Source: Campylobacterota bacterium (lineage in GTDB: Bacteria > Campylobacterota > Campylobacteria > Campylobacterales > Sulfurovaceae). From it: a stretch of 12,082 nucleotides of DNA. Position 1 is the stretch's first letter. Each line of letters starts with the position of its first letter. The DNA lies in NCBI GenBank assembly GCA_034722955.1, contig JAYEOM010000084.1, positions 1 to 12,082 of the forward strand. Reading direction: 5' to 3'. Shown here in pieces: positions 1-7,210 of this stretch. The position numbers and the translations under genes are program-made. The notes beneath the pieces are model-generated. The model was given only the letters and a program-made list of their open reading frames with translations. It did no database searches and was not told where the DNA came from.

Positions 1-731
1 TTGCTCATGAGTATGACTGTATCGTTAGTAGATGTATCTCCATCTACTGAGATACGGTTGAAAGAGTCATCTACAGCCTCTTCTAAAACACTCTGCATCT
101 CCTTGGCTGGTATAGCTGCATCGGTTGTGATAAAACAGAGCATAGTAGCCATAGCCGGATTGATCATGCCTGCACCCTTGCAGATAGCAGCTATATGAAA
201 CAGTTCACCATTCTCCAGCTCCACTCTGAAGCATAGCTCTTTTTTGAAGCTATCTGTAGTCATAATGGCACGAGCACTCTTGTCACTCTCTTTAGCTTTG
301 TAGTCAAATCGATCAAAAGCAGAGCTGATCTTCTCTCTGTTTAGGCGATATCCGATGACACCCGTAGAGCTCATGATGGGGTTGGTGATGGAGATCTTTT
401 GACCTAGTGTATCGAAAAGAGTATCAATATCCTCTACACCTCTCTCTCCCGTCATAGCATTTGCATTTTTTGCATTGATCAGTATAAAATCTGTCTGAAA
501 TCCTTCAGGATAACGCTGGAAATGTTTGATCGGTGCTGCCTGAAAATGGTTTTTGGTAAAAACAGCAGCAACATCACAAAGAGATTCACTTCTGATAAAA
601 GCGACATCTCCATCTACCTCGCTACTGTCAGTACTATTGGCCGGATTGGTTCGCATACCAACATTGACTGCATCAGAGTAAAATCCGGAGACACTATCGA
701 GCCCATTTTTTAGGGGAAATAGTTTAAACAT
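1..731 (-). CDS. argJ: Ornithine acetyltransferase / N-acetylglutamate synthase ArgJ (3' end outside the window)
   Basis: Not in the ORF track; translated by hand from ATG at 731: MFKLFPLKNGLDSVSGFYSDAVNVGMR...VFTKNHFQAAP...INAKNANAMTG...SSTGVIG...AIMTTD...KGAGMINPAMATMLCFITTDA...SFNRISVDGDTSTNDTV. All are ArgJ signature motifs, including the autocleavage ATML. The start overlaps the K+ channel stop (ATGTTTAA). Confidence 0.96.
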   Translation of the reverse strand, partial: MFKLFPLKNGLDSVSGFYSDAVNVGMRTNPANSTDSSEVDGDVAFIRSESLCDVAAVFTKNHFQAAPIKHFQRYPEGFQTDFILINAKNANAMTGERGVEDIDTLFDTLGQKISITNPIMSSTGVIGYRLNREKISSAFDRFDYKAKESDKSARAIMTTDSFKKELCFRVELENGELFHIAAICKGAGMINPAMATMLCFITTDAAIPAKEMQSVLEEAVDDSFNRISVDGDTSTNDTVILMS

Positions 732-1854
732 ACTTTAGCTCCTCGGGTTTCTCTTTTTTTCGTATGATCTTTTTGGCTTTGTATATACCGTCACTAGTAC
801 CGATGAGGAGTAGTTTGCTCTCAGGCAGGATGATAGTATCTCCTTGTGGCATAGGTATAAATTTGTCATCTTTTTGACGGATACCGATGACTGTCACATT
901 TGCTACATCTCTAAATCGTGCTGTTTTGATCTTTTTGAGTGTTAGCCAACTGGTCTTTGAAACTTTTGCCTCTTCCATATCCAGAGGAGTATCTTTTTTA
1001 TATAGAAACTCCTGTAGAAGGTTTTCCATCTCGGGTCTGACTGCCATAGCATTGATCCGTTGTGCCATGAGTTTGGTAGCAGTCACGACCTTGTTGGCAC
1101 CAAGCTTTAGAAGCCTCTGCTCATCTTCAGGTCCTTTGGCGTTGGCTATGATCAGATATTTTCGTTTTCTGCCTATCTCTTTTTCGTAGAGTCTTGCAGA
1201 TGCTATCATCGCGATATTATCTGCAACATTGTCTGCTAGGGTGATAGCCCCCTTGGCACTAGAGAGATGTGACTTGAGTATACCCGCATCTGTATGAGGC
1301 TCCTCCTGTACAAAGTATGGATAGTGATACTTTTTGGCGATCTCTTCGAGATCTTCTCTTGCATCAACCACAACAAAAGGAACTTGATTGGCTCGCAATT
1401 GCTTGGTGACTTGTATAGTAAAGTCATTATGGTAGCAGACAACAAAATGATGCTTAAGTCTTGCGATTTCATAAAGCATACGACGCTCCTTGGAAATTTT
1501 TTGGAATTCACCTTTTTTGATCACTTCAACTATGATACCAATAGCGATAGAGAAGACAATAAACCCAAATATAATCAGTGTGATAGTAAAGATACGACCA
1601 GCATCTGAGATAGGGTGTATCTCCCCAAATCCAACAGTAGTAAAGGTGATACCTGTTTGATAGATAGCATCCATCAGTGGAAATTGATCGATGATCATAT
1701 ATCCTAGCGTACCTAGAAGCATCGTTAGAACGGTGAGTATAATAGGAAGTCTAAAGGGGGCTAACTGCTCATAGTATTCATCATTTAGGGTGATATGCGG
1801 TTTTGGAGAGCTTCTCCAGCCGAGAAACTCTTTGATCTTTTGAGTGGGAGTCAA
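724..1854 (-). CDS. Two-TM potassium channel with RCK (TrkA_N/TrkA_C) domains, Kch/MthK-like
   Basis: Two hydrophobic helices flank the selectivity filter TTVGFGE, followed by an RCK domain (HHFVVCYHN..., LGANKVV) and a TrkA_C-like end. TTG start with AAGGGG SD. Adjacency to rpmB matches the Helicobacter arrangement. Confidence 0.93.
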   Translation of the reverse strand: MTPTQKIKEFLGWRSSPKPHITLNDEYYEQLAPFRLPIILTVLTMLLGTLGYMIIDQFPLMDAIYQTGITFTTVGFGEIHPISDAGRIFTITLIIFGFIVFSIAIGIIVEVIKKGEFQKISKERRMLYEIARLKHHFVVCYHNDFTIQVTKQLRANQVPFVVVDAREDLEEIAKKYHYPYFVQEEPHTDAGILKSHLSSAKGAITLADNVADNIAMIASARLYEKEIGRKRKYLIIANAKGPEDEQRLLKLGANKVVTATKLMAQRINAMAVRPEMENLLQEFLYKKDTPLDMEEAKVSKTSWLTLKKIKTARFRDVANVTVIGIRQKDDKFIPMPQGDTIILPESKLLLIGTSDGIYKAKKIIRKKEKPEELKYV

Positions 1855-1881
1855 TTGCCTAACCCCTTAAGTTTTTGTGGT

Positions 1882-2091
1882 TTAGCTGGCTGTTGCAGCT
1901 TGAGCAGCTTTTTTCTTCATAGTCCTGAGTTCAGAAGCAGCAACTTTGATCCTCTTGGTTGTACCATCTTCTAGTGTGATCTTTACTGATCTAAGATTTG
2001 GAAGTTGTCTTCTCTTTGTCTTATTGTTTGCATGACTTACATTGTTTCCTGTTAGTGGCCCTTTGCCACTTATATCGCATCTTCTTGCCAT
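1882..2091 (-). CDS. rpmB: 50S ribosomal protein L28
   Basis: [33 protein letters not shown] is the L28 signature; AAGG SD upstream. Confidence 0.98.
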   Translation of the reverse strand: MARRCDISGKGPLTGNNVSHANNKTKRRQLPNLRSVKITLEDGTTKRIKVAASELRTMKKKAAQAATAS

Positions 2092-2166
2092 TATCTTACC
2101 TTTTTGTCTTAAATGTCACCTCTCGACCCAAATAGTATCAGATCCAGTCCGTGAATAATTTTTGCG

Positions 2167-2172
2167 ATTATA
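2167..2172 (-). promoter_or_regulatory. Probable sigma70 -10 box (TATAAT) for the rpmB-K channel-argJ transcript
   Basis: Perfect TATAAT on the minus strand about 75 nt upstream of rpmB, preceded by periodic T-tracts as in Campylobacterota promoters. Confidence 0.6.
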
Positions 2173-2237
2173 GCTGAAAAAGTCTAAAAAAATCTTTAAG
2201 GGGAGCAGGATATAAATTGTTAGAAAAAGTTTGTTTA

Positions 2238-2246
2238 TGTTACAAT
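2238..2246 (+). promoter_or_regulatory. Extended -10 promoter (TGnTACAAT) for the caspase-family gene
   Basis: TGTTACAAT ends 31 nt before the ATG at 2278. Confidence 0.55.
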
Positions 2247-2277
2247 AACCTAAATCTATACATAGGGTGTATCATCT

Positions 2278-3723
2278 ATGCATAAAATACTCTTTGCATC
2301 TTTTCTTATATTTGCTCTTACAGCAGGAGTGATAGCTAACTCTTATGGACTGCTGATAGGTATCGATAGATACAAGAGTGCTACTCGTCTGGGTGGAGCT
2401 GTAGCAGATGCTGTAGAGTTGGAAAAACTTCTCAAAAGACATGGTATCCATAATACAGTTGTGCTTCTTGATAATAATGCAACCAAACAGGCTATTGTTA
2501 CAGCACTCAAGTCTATAGCATACAACATAAAGAGAGGTGATCTTTTCTATATGTTTTTTAGCGGACATGGCACCAGCTTGGAGGACAAAGGTTTTCAATC
2601 TATTGTTGACAGAGAGAGCAGATTGCTTACACTTTTAGAGAATTCTGGTGCACTGCTGCCTTATGATTTTGATAAAAACAGTGCCAGTCGCTCTCTGCTT
2701 ATAGGGAGTCGAGATCTGAGACCTCTTTTTGAAAAGATAGATGCTAAAGGGGCTCTCTCTCTAGTGGTGTTTGATGCTTGCTTCTCTGGTATGTCCTACC
2801 GTAGTCTGCCGAGTAAACGCAAAAGAAGACGGCACTATACTATGCCTACATATGATATAAGTTTTAATGTTAAAAAGTCACACCCATACAAGAGTCTCGT
2901 ATATGTAGCATCAACATCTGCTTCAGATTGGGCAGTTGAAGATACAAAGACCCATCGTGGTTATCTTATGCAGCAGCTTGAATATTGCTTGAATGGTACT
3001 GCCGATAGCAATGGTGACAAACGCATCTTAAAGCAAGAGCTTAAACACTGTATCGACAACTCAGATCTTCCGCAATCTCCTCAAGTTTATCCTGATGATC
3101 TAAAGGTGAATCCACAGGTTTTTAAAGTCTATACGCCCACAGGAAAAAATAGTCCAAAACAAGATACAGGGGTTAGTTTGAGTAGCTCTCTTGGTGGCGG
3201 AGGCTATATAGTTCAAGATCAATATGGCAAGATCGCCTCTTTTTCACGAGAAGAGCAGTTGCGTCGCTATAGAGAGGCTTATAAGATCATGCAGTTAAAA
3301 GGTCAAAAGCAGTTCTCCCTTCAGGCTATCAATCAAAAAGGGGTCAATCAGAAGATGTATACGGTTGGGGATGAGATAGATATCACTGTTCAAAGTTCAC
3401 GAGAGGGGTATTTGGTTCTTTTTGACCTTGATGCCGAGGGAAATCTTTTTATGATAGAGCCATATCCAGATAAGTTTACCAATATTTCAAAAAATAAAAA
3501 GATTAACTATACGGATTTGACTATTGCTGAACCTGTAGGTGTAGAGATAATGAAGGGGTTTATCGTCTCTGATCTGAAGGTTATCGAAAAGATACAACAA
3601 CTCTCACCCAATAATGATACAGGTCTGATCGATGACCCTACAGCTATCTATCAGCTTCTCAGCACTCTTCCAAAGCAGAGTTATGATAGTGCCTTGCTTA
3701 AACTAACTACATATAAAAAGTAG
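2278..3723 (+). CDS. Exported caspase-family (peptidase C14, ortho/metacaspase-like) protease with C-terminal DUF4384-like domain
   Basis: Signal peptide MHKILFASFLIFALTAGVIA; GLLIGIDRY, L.GAVADA and AT...I motifs; catalytic dyad FSGHG (H97) and FDACFSG (C168); ADSNGDKRILKQEL motif; C-terminal YTVGDEIDITVQSSREGYLVLFDLDAEG...EPVGVE resembles DUF4384. Confidence 0.88.
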   Translation: MHKILFASFLIFALTAGVIANSYGLLIGIDRYKSATRLGGAVADAVELEKLLKRHGIHNTVVLLDNNATKQAIVTALKSIAYNIKRGDLFYMFFSGHGTSLEDKGFQSIVDRESRLLTLLENSGALLPYDFDKNSASRSLLIGSRDLRPLFEKIDAKGALSLVVFDACFSGMSYRSLPSKRKRRRHYTMPTYDISFNVKKSHPYKSLVYVASTSASDWAVEDTKTHRGYLMQQLEYCLNGTADSNGDKRILKQELKHCIDNSDLPQSPQVYPDDLKVNPQVFKVYTPTGKNSPKQDTGVSLSSSLGGGGYIVQDQYGKIASFSREEQLRRYREAYKIMQLKGQKQFSLQAINQKGVNQKMYTVGDEIDITVQSSREGYLVLFDLDAEGNLFMIEPYPDKFTNISKNKKINYTDLTIAEPVGVEIMKGFIVSDLKVIEKIQQLSPNNDTGLIDDPTAIYQLLSTLPKQSYDSALLKLTTYKK

Positions 3724-3737
3724 TACCAAACAAAGGG

Positions 3738-3764
3738 AAAAAAGTGTACCTCAAGAGAGGCACA
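3738..3764 (-). terminator. Rho-independent terminator of the sqr + small ORF transcript
   Basis: Minus strand TGTGCCTC-TCTT-GAGGTACA (8-bp stem, one G-U) followed by CTTTTTT, beginning 6 nt after the small ORF stop. Confidence 0.7.
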
Positions 3765-3770
3765 AGAGTT

Positions 3771-3938
3771 TTAGTGGTGACTCTTTAGTATAAGAATAGT
3801 CATTCTGATATTGATAGCGACAAATCTGACAATTTGCCAAAGAACACAAGTTCTTAAGAATTTCTGTCCGCCCATTGGGATCATTGTCCCAAATTGTGGG
3901 CTGTATGGTTCGATATGATTTACATGTTTTGATGCCAT
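3771..3938 (-). CDS. 55-aa small protein downstream of sqr (unknown function; probably membrane-associated)
   Basis: Hand translation: MASKHVNHIEPYSPQFGTMIPMGGQKFLRTCVLWQIVRFVAINIRMTILILKSHH*. AGGAGA SD 5 nt before the ATG; fits between the sqr stop and the terminator. Shorter than any ORF in the supplied track. Confidence 0.8.
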   Translation of the reverse strand: MASKHVNHIEPYSPQFGTMIPMGGQKFLRTCVLWQIVRFVAINIRMTILILKSHH

Positions 3939-3964
3939 TGCATTCTCCTAATATTATATTTTGA

Positions 3965-3987
3965 TAAGTGAGGATAACCCTCACCTA
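3965..3987 (-). other. Intercistronic stem-loop between sqr and the small ORF
   Basis: Minus strand TAGGTGAGG-GTTAT-CCTCACTTA (9 bp, one G-U), with no U-tract after it. Confidence 0.55.
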
Positions 3988-3995
3988 AGTTATCT

Positions 3996-5465
3996 CTACT
4001 CTGGTATTAGAGTCCAGCCTGGCTTGAGCTTGGCTTTCCATATAAAGACATGGTGAAGGATATGCTTTACCCAGTGTGCAGCAAGACCTAACTCACCGGT
4101 TGTTCCATTGAGATCCCTACCGGTACCAGGGTACTTTTCAAAATCCTGGACGATGGGATAGACAGTCATAGCAGCAGCAGTACCACTCAAGAGACCTTTG
4201 CCGGCAGAAGCTACACATGCAGCACCCATCTCAGCCATACAGGCAGTGTGTGTAGGTTCGGTTGCTCCATTTTGCATCATATCAACAACACTCTTGGCAA
4301 CAGCTTTACCCATCATAGCAGATGGCATACCTGTTCTAGGTGGCGTAGGGTTGATAGGAGTACCATTTGGTGAACTCATAGGCTTTGAGATTGTATGTGG
4401 TGGTGCAAAAGCGATACCAACAGCAAATACATTCTTGTATGCAGGAGTCTGAAGCGTTCGAGGCCAGTCAGATGCCTTCCAGTTCTCATAAGCACCAGCA
4501 GCGTAGTTTGCATCAACTTTCATAAAGCCATTTGGAGCAAATACATCACTAGTAATATCAGAGCCATCTTTAGCAAAAGCTTGTAGACCTACACCAGCAA
4601 ATGGTGGGATAAGCATAGCAAAGTCAAACTCTTGAGTATCCATCTCACCATCAAGTGATTCATAAGTTACCTTGCCCTCTTCTACCTTGTTGACATGCGC
4701 CCCAAGGATCCAATCCATACCTCTCTCAGCATAGAGAGACTCAGCAAAGATTTTACTCGAAGTTGCGTAACCACCCATCTTGAAGTGGATACCACCCATA
4801 CCAAAGTCACCCAAGAATGATTCATTGGTGATAAAGATGATCTCTGCCATATCTCTCACACCAGCCTCTTTTAGTGTATGTTCGATGTTGAAGATATACT
4901 CAAATGCAGCACCCTGACAAGTACACATACCGTGACCTGTACCTATAAGGAATATCTGCTTTTCGCCATTTTTCATCTTTTCGATGCAGTTTTGAAGCTC
5001 TACATTGGCATGGAGTGCATGATCTGCTGTACAGACAGAGACTGTGTGTTGACCTAGCTCTGTACCTTCACCAAGCCCCGGTGTAGCTCCAAAGTTTAGT
5101 TTTGGTCCAGTTGCATTGATAAGATAGTCATAGGTGAGCTCTTCACTCTCACCAGTTTTGTCGTCACCTGTATATTCAATGACGATATAAGGTGTATCTG
5201 AATCTGTTTTACCCTCTGGGTGAATAGCGGTCGCCTTGGCTTGTCTGTAGTCAATGCCTGCTTTTTCATATACAGGAGCAAGCGGAAAGACAACATCATC
5301 TCTGCCCATGCCTCCTACACCTACCCAGATATTGGATGGAATCCAGTTCCACATACTGTTTGGTGTGACAACAACCACTTCGTGATCTTTGCCAAGCATA
5401 TCTCTTGCAAATGTTGCTGCTGTGTGTCCTGATACGCCGCCACCCATTACTACTAATCGTGCCAT
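3996..5465 (-). CDS. sqr: Sulfide:quinone oxidoreductase, type IV (SqrD)-like, 489 aa
   Basis: Start reassigned to ATG 5465 (AAAGGA SD). FAD-binding MARLVVMGGGVSG, WIPSNIWVGVG, NATGPKL, SVCT, TCQGAAFEY, PPRTGMPS, GAACVASAG and the C-terminal amphipathic helix ending W.LIPE all resemble my recollection of Chlorobium SqrD. Confidence 0.92.
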   Translation of the reverse strand: MARLVVMGGGVSGHTAATFARDMLGKDHEVVVVTPNSMWNWIPSNIWVGVGGMGRDDVVFPLAPVYEKAGIDYRQAKATAIHPEGKTDSDTPYIVIEYTGDDKTGESEELTYDYLINATGPKLNFGATPGLGEGTELGQHTVSVCTADHALHANVELQNCIEKMKNGEKQIFLIGTGHGMCTCQGAAFEYIFNIEHTLKEAGVRDMAEIIFITNESFLGDFGMGGIHFKMGGYATSSKIFAESLYAERGMDWILGAHVNKVEEGKVTYESLDGEMDTQEFDFAMLIPPFAGVGLQAFAKDGSDITSDVFAPNGFMKVDANYAAGAYENWKASDWPRTLQTPAYKNVFAVGIAFAPPHTISKPMSSPNGTPINPTPPRTGMPSAMMGKAVAKSVVDMMQNGATEPTHTACMAEMGAACVASAGKGLLSGTAAAMTVYPIVQDFEKYPGTGRDLNGTTGELGLAAHWVKHILHHVFIWKAKLKPGWTLIPE

Positions 5466-5644
5466 AGCAATCCTTTTAAAATCAATTTTTTTATTAAACA
5501 TAATATTTTAGGGGATTCTTGATTAAACTAAAATTAAATTTTGTAAATTTGTAATATTAATTATACTGTATTATTTAAATAATAAAATAGAATTATACAA
5601 ATATCAAATTTGTGGTCAAGCAGCTCTTTTTTTAGGACAAATTA

Positions 5645-5653
5645 TGATAAAAT
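5645..5653 (+). promoter_or_regulatory. Extended -10 promoter (TGnTAAAAT) for the substrate-binding protein/HAD genes
   Basis: TGATAAAAT ends 25 nt before GTG 5679. Confidence 0.6.
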
Positions 5654-5678
5654 ATGCTTATACAATCAGGGGGCTTTG

Positions 5679-7184
5679 GTGCGTTACATTTTTTATATAC
5701 TCTTATTTTCTACGATAACACTCTGGTCAAGTACACTGCAACTCTCTATCTCCTCCTCTCCAGCTAGGATCAACCCCCTATTGGCAACAGATTCAGCTAG
5801 TTCTGAGGTGGTGGGATATATATTTAATGGTTTAGTTAAGTTTGATAAAAATGGTACTATAGTCGGTGATTTGGCAGAGAAGTTCTATTTTGAAAATAAT
5901 ACAACACTGATATTTGAACTACGCAAGGGTGTCAAATGGCATGACGGCAAACTCTTCAGTGCAGATGATGTAGTCTCTACCTATGAACTACTGCACTCTC
6001 CCAAGCTAGTCACACCCTATAAAGATGACTTTAAATATGTTAAAAAAGTAGAGAGATTGGATGAGTATCGTATCCGGGTCAGCTATAAGCAACCATACTT
6101 CAAAGCTCTCTCTATCTGGATGATGGGGATATTGCCAAAGCATCTATGGGAGAAGGTAGATGATCCTATGACCACTTCACTCAACAAACTCCCGGTAGGA
6201 ACCGGTCCCTATAAATTGACTAAGCCATTCAGAGTCAATGAGAGGATCGTACTAGAAGCAAATCCTGACTACTTCATCCATCCGCCTCATATATCAAAGA
6301 TAAATATGCACTATATCAGTGATCCATCTACACAGTTTATCACTCTCAAGGCAGAGGAGTTGGATGTAGGGGGGCTAGATCCTCTGCAGATGGAGCGGCA
6401 ACTCAATAGAGAGTTTAAAGCTTACTATCAGCTGATAGAGCAGCCCTCCTATGCTTATACATATATGGGGTTCAATCTCCGCCGAAAACTTTTTCAAGAT
6501 AGGAGAGTGAGAGAGGCTATAGCACTTGCGATTGACAGGATAGAGATCATAGATCTTCTATTTTTTTCTCATGGGACGGTTTGTCAGGGACCTTTCATGC
6601 CAGGGAGTGATGCATATCCTAAAGATTTCATACCATATAGATATGATCCCAAAAAGGCAAAGAGTATACTCCGTTCGTTAGGATATAACCAAAGCAACCC
6701 TCTACGCTTTGAGCTTGTTACCAATACAGGGAATGATACGCGTGTCTATGCTGCTCAGATCATCCAGCATCAATTGCAAAAAGTAGGTATAGAGATGACG
6801 ATACGGACGATGGAGTGGCAAGCTTTTCTCAATACTGTAGTGATGCCCCATCAGTTTGATGCTGTGTTATTGGGGTGGAGTCTATCACTTATCCCTGATG
6901 CCTACAGTATTTGGCATAGTGATGGAGATAAAAAAGGGGGATTTAACTTCATAGGTTATCATAACGATGATGTAGATCGTATGATCATAGAGTCAGAAAA
7001 AATAGTTGACCATAAGCGGTTTGATGCCATCTATCAGAAGATATTCCGACAGATCGTGAGTGATTATCCCTATGTTTTTCTCTATATACCTAGCTCTATT
7101 ACGGCAGTCAGTAGGGATATCAAAGGTATAGAACCCTCGATTATAGGTATAAAGCACAATCAAATCGATTGGATTAAAAATTGA
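5679..7184 (+). CDS. Peptide/nickel-type ABC transporter substrate-binding protein (SBP family 5, AppA/OppA-like)
   Basis: Start reassigned to GTG 5679 (AGGGGG SD, then a signal peptide). Family-5 motifs: INPLLATDSAS, LRKGVKWHDGKLFSADDV, PVGTGPYKL, FQDRRVREAIALAIDR, YDPKKAK. Confidence 0.92.
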   Translation: MRYIFYILLFSTITLWSSTLQLSISSSPARINPLLATDSASSEVVGYIFNGLVKFDKNGTIVGDLAEKFYFENNTTLIFELRKGVKWHDGKLFSADDVVSTYELLHSPKLVTPYKDDFKYVKKVERLDEYRIRVSYKQPYFKALSIWMMGILPKHLWEKVDDPMTTSLNKLPVGTGPYKLTKPFRVNERIVLEANPDYFIHPPHISKINMHYISDPSTQFITLKAEELDVGGLDPLQMERQLNREFKAYYQLIEQPSYAYTYMGFNLRRKLFQDRRVREAIALAIDRIEIIDLLFFSHGTVCQGPFMPGSDAYPKDFIPYRYDPKKAKSILRSLGYNQSNPLRFELVTNTGNDTRVYAAQIIQHQLQKVGIEMTIRTMEWQAFLNTVVMPHQFDAVLLGWSLSLIPDAYSIWHSDGDKKGGFNFIGYHNDDVDRMIIESEKIVDHKRFDAIYQKIFRQIVSDYPYVFLYIPSSITAVSRDIKGIEPSIIGIKHNQIDWIKN

Positions 7185-7210
7185 TAAATAATATAACAAG
7201 GTAGATAACA

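Noticed and set aside
1..1608. Short ORFs overlapping argJ and the K+ channel (1-198, 522-713, 887-1189, 1236-1511, 1294-1608), and similar ones inside the caspase, sqr, HAD and por genes
   Set aside because: Shadow or alternate frames of well-supported genes with no recognisable motifs.
2278..3723. Caspase gene as part of an anti-phage or gasdermin-type system
   Set aside because: No sensor, effector or substrate gene is adjacent, and the protein has a signal peptide.
3953..3958. TATAAT on the minus strand just upstream of the small ORF
   Set aside because: It is too close to the SD: a transcript would start within the SD, so it is unlikely to be an independent promoter.
3751..3984. 77-aa minus-strand ORF in the supplied track
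   Set aside because: It starts inside a hairpin, ends inside the terminator and has no clear SD. The overlapping 55-aa frame (3938-3771) has a strong SD and fits the operon layout.
5466..5678. Longer N-termini given by the track for SQR (5501) and the SBP (5610); likewise 7918 for PorC
   Set aside because: SD positions, family N-termini and promoter placement support starts at 5465, 5679 and 7933.
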